A stretch of DNA of 64,000 nucleotides, from the NCBI GenBank assembly GCA_945952105.1, contig CAMFGZ010000023.1:1790-65789 (forward strand), in the 5' to 3' direction. The position numbers and the translations under genes are program-made. The notes under the pieces were generated by a model. It had not been told where the DNA came from. It searched no databases and worked only from the letters and a program-made list of their open reading frames with translations. Source of the stretch: an uncultured Rhodospirillaceae bacterium (lineage in GTDB: Bacteria; Pseudomonadota; Alphaproteobacteria; Reyranellales; Reyranellaceae). Below, one piece after another: positions 38,453-47,200 of the stretch (the stretch's first letter is position 1; each line of letters opens with the position of its first letter).

Positions 38453-39636
38453 GCTACGACGCGCCCTTCGCCGGCCTCAAGGTCGTCGACCTGAGCCAGG
38501 GTATTGCCGGCCCCTATTGCGCCATGCTGCTCGCCCAGCACGGCGCCGAGGTGATCAAGGTCGAGGGGATCGGCGAAGGCGACTGGGCGCGTACGCTCGG
38601 CGTCCACTACGGCAACCACAGCGCCTTCTCGATCATCGGCAACATGGGCAAGCGCAGCCTCTCGGTCGACCTCAAGAGCGACGCCGGCAAGGAGATCGTG
38701 TGGCGCCTGCTGAAGGACGCCGACATCTTCCTCGAAGGCTTCCGGCCGGGCGTCATCAAGCGGCTGGGCTTCGACTACGAAACCGTGTCGGCCAAGGTGC
38801 CCCGCCTGCTCTACGTCTCGATCTCGGGATTTGGCCAGATGGGACCTCTGGCCGAGCGGCCGGCGATGGATCCGGTGCTGCAGGCCTATACCGGCATGAT
38901 GGCGGAGAATCGCGGCGAGGACGGCATTCCCCATCGCGTGCCGGTGATCGTCGTCGACATGTCGACGGCGCTCTACGCCTTCCAGGCCGTCAGCGCCGCA
39001 CTCTATGCACGACGCGACGAAACGAAGGGACGCTACATCGATGTCAGCCTGATGCAGTCGGCGACCGCGCTGCAGTCGATCCGGCTGATGGCCTGCCACC
39101 TCGAAGGCGGCACGATGAAGCCGGGCGGCGTGCCCGGCGGCGTGTTCAGGACCGCGGATGGCTGGATGTCGATCCTCGCCCTCAAGGACGCCGACTGGCA
39201 GAGCCTCTGCCGCCTGATGGAGGTGCCCGCACTCGCGCACGAAGAACGCTTCGCCACACCGGCCGCGCGGCTCGCCAACGAGGCGGCGCTGTATGCCATC
39301 GTGCGGCCGATGATAGCGGCGAAGCCTTCCGCGTACTGGGGCGAAAAGCTCACCGAGGCAAAGCTGATGCACGAGCGGCTGAACAGCTACGCCGACTTCC
39401 TGGAACAACCACACGTCAAGGAAACCGGCTTGATCCACTGGCTCGAACAGGCCGGCGTGCCGCAGAAGGTCCCGGTCCCCGCGCTCCCCGGCATGCTGCC
39501 GCCGGCACCCGGCACCGCCCGCGCCCAAGCGCCGGTGCCCGGCCAGCATAGCCGAGCCATTCTGGGCGAACACGGCTACAGTGCCAGCGAAATCGAGTCC
39601 CTGCTGGCCAACGGCACCATCGCAGCGACGAGGTAG
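38449..39636 (+). CDS. Family III CoA-transferase (CaiB/BaiF)
   Basis: GLKVVDLSQ.IAGP, GAEVIKVE, GKRSLSVDLK, GFRPG, SISGFGQ.GP, conserved Asp in VVDM, PGQHSRAIL. Confidence 0.93.
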   Translation: MSYDAPFAGLKVVDLSQGIAGPYCAMLLAQHGAEVIKVEGIGEGDWARTLGVHYGNHSAFSIIGNMGKRSLSVDLKSDAGKEIVWRLLKDADIFLEGFRPGVIKRLGFDYETVSAKVPRLLYVSISGFGQMGPLAERPAMDPVLQAYTGMMAENRGEDGIPHRVPVIVVDMSTALYAFQAVSAALYARRDETKGRYIDVSLMQSATALQSIRLMACHLEGGTMKPGGVPGGVFRTADGWMSILALKDADWQSLCRLMEVPALAHEERFATPAARLANEAALYAIVRPMIAAKPSAYWGEKLTEAKLMHERLNSYADFLEQPHVKETGLIHWLEQAGVPQKVPVPALPGMLPPAPGTARAQAPVPGQHSRAILGEHGYSASEIESLLANGTIAATR

Positions 39637-39643
39637 GCAGGTC

Positions 39644-40705
39644 ATGCGGAAGAAGGCCGTCGTGGTCGGTGCGCTCGGCGTCATCGGCCGCTACATCGTC
39701 GAGCGTCTGGTGGCGGAGGGAGACTGGCAGGTGGTCGGCCTATCGCGCCGTCCGGACAAGAACGGCGCGCGCTATCGCCACATCTCCGTCGACCTGCTCG
39801 ACCTCGACGACGTCGCGGCGAAGCTCGAAGGCCTGAGCGATGTCACCCATGTCTTCTACGCGGCCTTCCAGCCCGGCACCGGCAACGCGGCGGGCTATGC
39901 TTCGGTGATCGCGCCCAATCGCGACATGCTGGTGAACTCCGTCACCGCCATCGCCGGCGCGTCGAAGAAGCTGCAAAGGGTCGTGCTCGTCACCGGCACG
40001 AAGTATTACGGCACGCATCTCGGGCCGCTGAAGACGCCGATGCGCGAGACCGATCCGCGCCACATGCCGCCCGATTTCTACTTCGACCAGATCGACTGGC
40101 TGACCGGCTTCCAGCGCGGCAAGCGATGGAGCTGGACGGAACTGCGGCCCCAGACGCTCTGCGGTTTCGCGCCCGGCACGGCGATGAGCATCATGCCGGC
40201 CATCGCCGCCTATGCCGCCATCTCGAAGGAACTCGGTCTGCCACTGCGCTTCCCCGGCAAGCCGGGCGCCTACGGCACGATCTACCAGGTGACCGAATCC
40301 TCGCACTTCGCGGGTGCCGCCCTCTGGGCCGCCACCGAGACGCGCGCCGCCAACCAGGCCTACAACATCACGAACGGCGACTATTTCCGCTGGCGCAACG
40401 TCTGGCAGCGCATCGCCCAGGTCTTCGACATGAAGGTGGGCGAGTTGCAGACCATCAGCTTGACCCAGCACATGGCGGACAAGGGCGAGCTATGGGCGGA
40501 GATGACGAAGAAATACCGGCTGAAGAAGTTCGACTTCGGCCAGCTCGTCGCCTGGCCCTTCGCCGACTATGTCTTCGGCTCCGACTGGGACGTGATGTCC
40601 GACGTCACCAAGAGCCGCCAGCACGGCTTCCACGAGGTGGTCGACAGCGAGGCCATGTTCGAGCGCCTGCTGACCCGCTTCCGCAAGGAACGGATCGTGC
40701 CCTAG
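39644..40705 (+). CDS. Atypical SDR of the progesterone 5-beta-reductase/iridoid synthase-like (PRISE) family
   Basis: ATG 39644; VVGALGVIG, VVGLSRR, VTHVFY, TGTKYYG, DFYFDQ, YNITNGDYFRW, MSDVTKSRQHGF. Confidence 0.82.
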   Translation: MRKKAVVVGALGVIGRYIVERLVAEGDWQVVGLSRRPDKNGARYRHISVDLLDLDDVAAKLEGLSDVTHVFYAAFQPGTGNAAGYASVIAPNRDMLVNSVTAIAGASKKLQRVVLVTGTKYYGTHLGPLKTPMRETDPRHMPPDFYFDQIDWLTGFQRGKRWSWTELRPQTLCGFAPGTAMSIMPAIAAYAAISKELGLPLRFPGKPGAYGTIYQVTESSHFAGAALWAATETRAANQAYNITNGDYFRWRNVWQRIAQVFDMKVGELQTISLTQHMADKGELWAEMTKKYRLKKFDFGQLVAWPFADYVFGSDWDVMSDVTKSRQHGFHEVVDSEAMFERLLTRFRKERIVP

Positions 40706-40807
40706 CGGGCGACCGGCCGGCAGATTACAAGGAGACTACGGCCCGGAACTTGCTCGGGTCCTGACGGTGCGGGGGTGCCGTCAACCTGGGGGAGCAAATT
40801 CGTACAA

Positions 40808-41422
40808 ATGAGTGAGTCCGACCGCCTCCTGCCGCCTGAGCCATGGCCCCAGCGCATTTCGCGCATCCTCGCCTGGATCGGCGGGGCCATCATCCTCGTG
40901 GGCTGCAGCGGCCTCATCACCATCGACGTCATCACCCGCTTCCTCTTCAAGCGCGGCATGGTCGAGAGCTTCGAGATCTCGGGCTATGCGCTGGCCGCCT
41001 GCATTGGCCTCGGCCTCGGCTTCGCCACCACCTCCAAGACCCATATCCGCGTCGACATCCTGCTCGACGCCTTTCCCCGCGGCGTGCGGATCTTCTTCGA
41101 CCTCCTCGCCGCCCTGTCCCTCGCCCTGATCGCGCTGGCGCTCGCCTGGTTCTGCTGGGGCACGCTCGCCCAGTCGATGGCGATGAACGCCAAGTCGGTG
41201 TCCACGCTCCAGACCCCGATGGTACTGCCGCAGTCGATCTGGTGGGTTGGCATCTTCTGGTTCGCCTGCGTCGCCGTCCTGCTGCCGGTCCAGGCCGTGC
41301 TGCGCCTGCTGGCGGGCGATGGCCCAGGCTTCGACGCCCTGATCGGCAGCCTGAGGGTCTCCGAGGAAATGAGCCAGGCCGGCGTCGAACAGGCATCGTC
41401 CGCGGACGGAGGCTCGCGATGA
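40808..41422 (+). CDS. TRAP transporter small permease (DctQ)
   Basis: Four TM segments, HIRVDIL motif. Confidence 0.9.
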   Translation: MSESDRLLPPEPWPQRISRILAWIGGAIILVGCSGLITIDVITRFLFKRGMVESFEISGYALAACIGLGLGFATTSKTHIRVDILLDAFPRGVRIFFDLLAALSLALIALALAWFCWGTLAQSMAMNAKSVSTLQTPMVLPQSIWWVGIFWFACVAVLLPVQAVLRLLAGDGPGFDALIGSLRVSEEMSQAGVEQASSADGGSR

Positions 41423-42711
41423 TCGGCACAGCCTTCACCCTGCTCATCGTCCTGGTGGGCATCAGCCTGCCGGTCGCGGCCTCGCTCGGCCTGATGGCCT
41501 ATGTCCTCTCCGAGCGCTACGCCTTCTTCCCGATGACCGGCGCGATCGGCGAGCTCGCCTGGAATTCGTCCAACGACTTCATCCTGATCGCCGCGCCCAT
41601 GTTCATCATGATGGGCGAGCTGATGCACCGTTCGGGCATGAGCGAGCGGCTGTTCGCGGCACTGACCCCCTGGTTCGCGCGCATTCCCGGCCGCCTCGTC
41701 CACACCAACATCGCCGCGAGCGCCATCTTCGCTGCGACCTCGGGCTCCTCGGTGGCGACGGCCGCCACCATCGGCACCGTGGCGATCCCCAACATGGACA
41801 AGGGGGGCTACAACCGGCCGCTGTTCCTGGGCTCGATCGCCGCAGGCGGGACGCTCGGTATCCTGATCCCGCCCTCGATCAACATGATCATCTATGCGGT
41901 GCTGACGGACACGTCGGTGGCCGATCTCTACGCGGCGGGCTTCATTCCCGGATTCATGCTGGCGGGCCTGTTCTCGCTGATGGTGCTGGCGCTCTGCCTG
42001 TTCAGGCCGCAATGGGCCGGTCCCAAGCCCGATACGGCAACGCTGTGGCGGGAGCGCATCGGCGGCCTCAAGAACCTGCTACCGCCGCTCGGCCTCTTCC
42101 TCGTCGTCGTGGGCTCGATCTATGCCGGCATCGCCACGCCGACCGAGGCGGCGGCGCTCGGCCTGATGGCGACGCTGGGCCTCGTCGCGGCCAACGGCCA
42201 GCTCACCGTGCCCGTACTGCTGCGCGCCTTCGAGGGTACGGTCCGCACGACCTGCATGGTCATGCTGATCGTGATCGCGGCCTTCTTCCTCAACTTCGTG
42301 ATGGTGTCGATCGGGCTGGTGAAGGCGATCACCGACATGGTGCTGGCGCTCGGTCTGTCGCCGCTCGGCATGCTGGTCGCCATCGTCATCTTCTACCTGA
42401 TCCTCGGCTGCTTCATGGAGACGCTCTCCATGATGATTGCCACGACGCCGGTGGTGGTGCCCGTGATCGTCGCGCTGGGCTACAGCCCGGTCTGGTGGGG
42501 CATCGTCTTCGTCATCCTGATGGAGGCGGCGCTGATCACGCCACCGGTGGGCCTCAACCTCTATGTCGTGCAGGCGGTCCGGCGCGGCGGCGCCTTCTCC
42601 GACCTCTGTATCGGCGCCCTGCCCTTCGTGGCGATGATGATCGTCATGATCGGGATCCTGATTGCTTTTCCCCAACTGGCCCTGTGGCTGCCGGCCCTAC
42701 TCAAGGCCTGA
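41419..42711 (+). CDS. TRAP transporter large permease (DctM)
   Basis: FAATSGSSVAT, AGGTLGILIPPSI, LITPPVGLNLY. Confidence 0.95.
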   Translation: MIGTAFTLLIVLVGISLPVAASLGLMAYVLSERYAFFPMTGAIGELAWNSSNDFILIAAPMFIMMGELMHRSGMSERLFAALTPWFARIPGRLVHTNIAASAIFAATSGSSVATAATIGTVAIPNMDKGGYNRPLFLGSIAAGGTLGILIPPSINMIIYAVLTDTSVADLYAAGFIPGFMLAGLFSLMVLALCLFRPQWAGPKPDTATLWRERIGGLKNLLPPLGLFLVVVGSIYAGIATPTEAAALGLMATLGLVAANGQLTVPVLLRAFEGTVRTTCMVMLIVIAAFFLNFVMVSIGLVKAITDMVLALGLSPLGMLVAIVIFYLILGCFMETLSMMIATTPVVVPVIVALGYSPVWWGIVFVILMEAALITPPVGLNLYVVQAVRRGGAFSDLCIGALPFVAMMIVMIGILIAFPQLALWLPALLKA

Positions 42712-42734
42712 GACTTACGAAGGAGGATATGTCG

Positions 42735-43802
42735 ATGAAGAAGCTAATCGCGATGGCGGCCCTCGCCGGTTCCCTCGTTGCCGCCCCGCTCTTCGCCGGC
42801 GCTGCGTCGGCGCAGACGCCTGCTCTGCCTTCGACCTCTTTCAACGTCGTCGGCAGCATCGGCGGCCTCTCGATGTACACCAACAGAGAAGTACCGTTCT
42901 GGACCGAGACCGTGCCGAAAGCCTCCGGCGGCGCGATCAAGGTGCAGGTGAAGCCGTTCACCGAACTGGGCTTCAAGGGCGCGGAGATCTTCCGCCTCGT
43001 CTCCAGCGGTACGCTCCAGTTCGCGACCACGGTGCTGAACTACAATTCCGGCGAAGTGCCGATGAACGAGGCCGCCGACCTGGTGGGCCTGGTGGCGTCG
43101 GTCGAGGAACTAGAGAAGGTCATCGAGGCGATCCGGCCGGCCTATGCGAAGTTCCTGGAGGAGAAGCACGGCATCAAGCTGCTCGGCTTCGGCACCTACC
43201 AGGCGCAGGTCCTCTACTGCCGCGACGCCTTCGTGACCATCGCCGACCTGAAGGGCCGCAAGATCCGCGCCTCGGGCGCCTCGCAGCAGGCTTTCGTCAC
43301 CCATATCGGCGCCTCGCCGCTCAACATCGCCTTCGCCGAGGTGCAACCGGCGCTCGCGAGCGGCGTCGTCGACTGCGCCATCACCGGCGCGCTGTCGGGC
43401 TACAAGTCGAAATGGAACGAGGCCGCGAAGTTCATCTCGCCCATGCCGGTCAATTTCGGCGTCGCCGCCCAGCTTGCTAACCTGAAGTGGTGGAACTCGC
43501 TCGACCCGAAGGTGCAGACCTTCCTGCAGACCGAGTTGAACAAGCTCGAGAAGTCGATCTTCGAGCAGGCCCGCACCGAGACGCAGACCGGCCTCAACTG
43601 CAACACCGGCACGGGTCCATGCAGCGAGGGCGCCCCTTCCAACATGAAGCTGGTTCCGGTCACGCCGGCCGACGAGGCGCTGCGCAAGGATGCGCTCGCC
43701 AAGGCCATTCTGCCGTCCTTCGCCAAGCGCTGCGGCCCGGACTGCGTGAAGACGTGGAACGACACGGTCGGCAAGACGGTCGGCACCACGATCACGCCCT
43801 GA
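42735..43802 (+). CDS. TRAP transporter substrate-binding protein (DctP)
   Basis: AGGAGG RBS 8 nt before ATG 42735; signal peptide; DLKGRKIR, AEVQPAL.SGVVD. Confidence 0.92.
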   Translation: MKKLIAMAALAGSLVAAPLFAGAASAQTPALPSTSFNVVGSIGGLSMYTNREVPFWTETVPKASGGAIKVQVKPFTELGFKGAEIFRLVSSGTLQFATTVLNYNSGEVPMNEAADLVGLVASVEELEKVIEAIRPAYAKFLEEKHGIKLLGFGTYQAQVLYCRDAFVTIADLKGRKIRASGASQQAFVTHIGASPLNIAFAEVQPALASGVVDCAITGALSGYKSKWNEAAKFISPMPVNFGVAAQLANLKWWNSLDPKVQTFLQTELNKLEKSIFEQARTETQTGLNCNTGTGPCSEGAPSNMKLVPVTPADEALRKDALAKAILPSFAKRCGPDCVKTWNDTVGKTVGTTITP

Positions 43803-43809
43803 GGCCGTC

Positions 43810-44361
43810 TTGATCACCCTGCTCGATCCAGTGGGTTATCTCCGCACGCCGTGGAAGAACGGCGGCGGAACGACGGTCGACATCGCGTTCGAGGAGGATG
43901 TCTGGCGGTTCGGCCGGACACCGATCGTGCAGCCCGGGCCCTTCTCCGACTATACGGGGTTTGACCGCGTGCAGGTCCTCGTCTCCGGCAGCGGCCTGGT
44001 GTTGGAGACTCCGACCGGCGAGATCGACGTGCGGCAGCCTTTCCGCCCCGTTCGCTTCACGGGCGAAACGCCGATCGTCAGCCGGCTGGAAGCCGGGCCG
44101 GTTGAAGTAGTGAACCTGATCGGCCGCCGCGCCCGGGTGAAGATCGACATCGCCGTGCTCGACGAAGGCCGCACCCTGCATCTCGAACCCGGTACGCACC
44201 TCGCCTACACACCGCACGGAGAGGCCACCGTCGCGGTGCAGGGCGACGAACGGAAGCTGGCGGTCGATCATGCCCTGCGGATGGAAGTCCCGGTGCCAAT
44301 CCGCCTGACCGGCGTGAAGGCCTCCACGCTGGTCGCCAGCATTCTCGAAAGGCGAGGTTAG
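43810..44361 (+). CDS. HutD/Ves family protein
   Basis: TTG start; PWKNGGGTTVDIA, GPFS.YTGFDR. Confidence 0.88.
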   Translation: MITLLDPVGYLRTPWKNGGGTTVDIAFEEDVWRFGRTPIVQPGPFSDYTGFDRVQVLVSGSGLVLETPTGEIDVRQPFRPVRFTGETPIVSRLEAGPVEVVNLIGRRARVKIDIAVLDEGRTLHLEPGTHLAYTPHGEATVAVQGDERKLAVDHALRMEVPVPIRLTGVKASTLVASILERRG

Positions 44362-44365
44362 GCCG

Positions 44366-45289
44366 ATGCGGATTGCGGTCGTCGGCGCCGGCGGCGTCGG
44401 AGGCGGATACGGAGCGGCGTTGGCGCATGCCGGCGCCGACGTCACCTTCATCGCGCGCGGCGCGCATCTCGCGGCGATGAGGAAGGATGGGTTGCGCGTC
44501 GACAGTCCGCGCGGCAATACCCATCTCCAGCCCACCAAGGCCACGGAGAATCCGACCGAGGTCGGTCCGGTCGACTATGTGCTGTTCTGCGTCAAACTGT
44601 GGGACGTCGAGAACGCCGGTGCGGCGATCAAGCCGATGGTCGGCCCTGACACCGCGATCATCACGCTGCAGAACGGCGTCGACGCGCATGAGCGGCTGAT
44701 CCCGATCCTGGGCACCCGCGCCGTGATGCCGGGCGTCGCCAACATAAGCGCGACCATCGCCGAGCCGGGCCTCATCCGCCAGACCGGCACGGTCATGCGC
44801 ATGGTGTTCGGCGAGCCCGACGGCAGCCGCAGCCCGCGCGCCGTGGCCTTCGCCGAGATGTGCAAGAAAGCCGGCATCGACGGCGTGCTGAGCGAAGCCA
44901 TCATGACCGACCTCTGGATCAAGTTCGTGCTGCTGGCTTCCAATGCCGGCGTCATGGCGCTGACCCGCCTGCCGGTCGGCAAGCTGCGCGACGATGCCGA
45001 CATCAATGCGATGTTCAGCGCCGCCTACGGCGAGGTGGCCGCGGTCGGCCGTGCCCTCGGCGTCACCCTGCCCGCCGACATCGTCGAGCGGACCTTCAAC
45101 TTCAACCGCAATGCCCCGCCGCACCTGATGGCCTCGATGGCGGTCGACCTGCTGCGCGGCAACCGGATCGAGTTGCCCTGGCTGTCGGGCAAGGTCGTGG
45201 AACTGGGCCGCCAGCACAATGTCCCGACACCGACACACGCGCTGATGTATGCTGCGCTGAAGCCCTACATCATGGGCACGCCAGCCTGA
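44366..45289 (+). CDS. Ketopantoate reductase family (PanE/ApbA-like) oxidoreductase
   Basis: GAGGVGGGYG, FCVKLWD, LQNG, WIKF, SMAVDL..G.RIEL, PTP. Confidence 0.9.
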   Translation: MRIAVVGAGGVGGGYGAALAHAGADVTFIARGAHLAAMRKDGLRVDSPRGNTHLQPTKATENPTEVGPVDYVLFCVKLWDVENAGAAIKPMVGPDTAIITLQNGVDAHERLIPILGTRAVMPGVANISATIAEPGLIRQTGTVMRMVFGEPDGSRSPRAVAFAEMCKKAGIDGVLSEAIMTDLWIKFVLLASNAGVMALTRLPVGKLRDDADINAMFSAAYGEVAAVGRALGVTLPADIVERTFNFNRNAPPHLMASMAVDLLRGNRIELPWLSGKVVELGRQHNVPTPTHALMYAALKPYIMGTPA

Positions 45290-45297
45290 GGAAACCC

Positions 45298-46041
45298 ATG
45301 CGCGTCCTGCTCGTCCTCCTGTTCGCCCTTGCCGCCGGCAGCGCCTCGGCCGCCGATCTCAAGCTGCTGACCGCCGGCGCCTACAAGTCGGCCGCGATCG
45401 AGATCGTCGCCGACTTCGAGAAGAAGACCGGCCACAAGGTCGCGATCGACACCGGCACGGCCGGCGCGCTGCAGAAGCGGGTCGCGGGCGGCGAGTATTT
45501 CGACGTCGTCGTCATCCCGCCGATCGCGATGGCGCCGCTGCTGCGCACCCGCGTCGACGAGAGCAGCGCCAAGGAGCTGGCCCGCGCCGGTGTCGGTATG
45601 GCCATCAAACAAGGCGCCCCGGTGCCCGACATTTCCGAGGTCGACGGCTTCAAGAAGGCGCTGCTGGCGGCGCGCTCGATCGCCTATATCGACCCGGCGG
45701 CCGGCGGCTCGAGCGGCATCTACCTCGCGCAGCTCTTCCAGCAGATGGGCATCGCCGACCAGCTCAAGCCCAAGAGCGTGCTGGTCCAGGGCGGCCTCGT
45801 CGCCGACCGCATCGTCGACGGCAAGGCCGACATCGCGCTCCAGCAGAGCAGCGAGTTGATGGGCGTGCCGGGCGTACAGTTCGTCGGCCCGATCCCGCTG
45901 ATGGTGCAGAACTACACGATCTATTCCGGCGGCATCGCGCTGGGCTCCGGCAACCGCGCCGCCGCCGAAGCGCTGCTGCTGGCGCTGGCCAATCCGGAGA
46001 ACGGGAAGATCCTGAAGTCGAAGGGGCTCGATAGTCCGTAA
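45298..46041 (+). CDS. Orphan ModA-like periplasmic binding-fold protein
   Basis: Signal peptide; DVVVI, ARSIAYIDP..GGSSGIY, ADIALQQ.SEL, VGPIP..VQ.YT.Y; no cognate permease nearby. Confidence 0.82.
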   Translation: MRVLLVLLFALAAGSASAADLKLLTAGAYKSAAIEIVADFEKKTGHKVAIDTGTAGALQKRVAGGEYFDVVVIPPIAMAPLLRTRVDESSAKELARAGVGMAIKQGAPVPDISEVDGFKKALLAARSIAYIDPAAGGSSGIYLAQLFQQMGIADQLKPKSVLVQGGLVADRIVDGKADIALQQSSELMGVPGVQFVGPIPLMVQNYTIYSGGIALGSGNRAAAEALLLALANPENGKILKSKGLDSP

Positions 46042-46059
46042 GGTCTTTTCCACGTACTT

Positions 46060-46171
46060 CCTCATCCTGAAGAGCGCGCCGAAGGCGTGCGTCTCGAAGG
46101 ATTGGCAACGAACGCGGTGCGCGTACCCCCCCTTCGAGACGCGGTCCTGCAGACCGCTCTTCAGGGTGGGG
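46060..46171. repeat. Alphaproteobacterial palindromic (RPE/MITE-like) element
   Basis: Nested inverted repeats CCTCATCCTGAAGAGCG / CGCTCTTCAGGGTGGGG and GCGTCTCGAAGG / CCTTCGAGACGC, plus inner hairpins GCGCGCC-GAA-GGCGTGC and GCGGTC-CTGCA-GACCGC. Confidence 0.85.
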
Positions 46172-46196
46172 TCGTTGTTGAAGAGCGAGAAAGCAA

Positions 46197-46679
46197 ATGA
46201 CCGACACCACACGCCCGCTCGCCCCGCCCCTCATCGTCGAGCGCTGGTTCAACACCGACCAGCCCCTCACGCTCGAAAGCCTGCGCGGCCGTATCGTCGT
46301 GCTGCATGCCTTCCAGATGCTGTGCCCCGGCTGCGTCTCGACGGCGATCCCGCAGGCGCGCAAGCTGAACGAGATCGCGAAGTCCATCGATGGGCTCTTG
46401 GTGCTGGGCCTCCACACGGTGTTCGAACATCACGCGGCAATGACGCCGGTGTCGCTCGAAGCCTTCCTGCACGAATACAAGATCACCTTCCCGGTCGCCG
46501 TCGATCGCCCCTCACCCAACGGCCCGCTCCCGCAGACCATGGCGGCCTACGCTTTCAGGGGCACACCCTCGACGGTGATCGTCGACCGCGAGGGCCGCAT
46601 CGCGCGGCACAGTTTCGGCGCCGAGGACGATCTGGCGCTCGGCCTCATCCTGGGCAATCTGCTCGGCGCGAAAACCTGA
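46197..46679 (+). CDS. Redoxin (TlpA/peroxiredoxin-like) thioredoxin-fold protein
   Basis: LRGRIVVLHAFQMLCPGC, GLHTVFEHH, FPVAVD, GTPS.VIVDREG. Confidence 0.88.
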   Translation: MTDTTRPLAPPLIVERWFNTDQPLTLESLRGRIVVLHAFQMLCPGCVSTAIPQARKLNEIAKSIDGLLVLGLHTVFEHHAAMTPVSLEAFLHEYKITFPVAVDRPSPNGPLPQTMAAYAFRGTPSTVIVDREGRIARHSFGAEDDLALGLILGNLLGAKT

Positions 46680-46682
46680 GCG

Positions 46683-47200
46683 TCAGCTTTCGGGGAACAA
46701 GGCGCGACGCTTCTTGCGCGCGGCCGTCGTTCGCGTCGGGCGCTCCCAGTAGGTTCCCGGATAGCCTTTCAGGGGAACCAGCGGCTCGCCCCTGTACATC
46801 CAGTCCTGCATCTCGCCGATGGCCACGTGGTAGCGCGGCTCGCGACCGGTCCGGCCGGCGAAGAGCGCACGCGGAACGTTCACCATCTTGGCGGAACGCG
46901 GCCGCTCGTAGAGGAGCGGCGTCCCGCAGGTGGCGCAGAAGCTGCGCGCCGTGCCGGTCGCCTCGTCCTTGAAGCGCGTGATCCTGTCCGCGCCCGCGGT
47001 CACACGTAAGCGCTTCCGCCAGCTTCCGACATAGGTGGCATAGGCGGCGCCGTGAGCCCGCCGCGTCGCGGCGGAATGATCGTGCCAGGCCCAGAAGGCA
47101 GGCAGCTCGATCTCGATGGTCACGGCACCGCAGAGACATTGGGCGGACGCGATCCCGTCAGGGTCGCGTCCGCCTTCGTCAGGGATCTCGCTTTGCTCAC
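46683..47200 (-). pseudogene. GFA-family protein with an apparent 1-nt frameshift near the 5' end (pseudogene or sequence error)
   Basis: GTG 47200 (AGGAG RBS, GTGA coupling) gives MSKARSLTKADATLTG and then stops. The QCLCGAV...RSFCATCGTPL frame is offset by one base and has no start upstream of CLC. Confidence 0.65.

Noticed and set aside
40706-40807. Two modest hairpins and an orphan AAGGAG between the SDR and dctQ
   Set aside because: Stems depend on several G-U pairs in GC-rich DNA, and no start codon follows the SD-like sequence; not distinguishable from chance.
45764-46417. 217-aa minus-strand ORF
   Set aside because: Made of antisense ModA-like/redoxin sequence plus the translated palindromic repeat.
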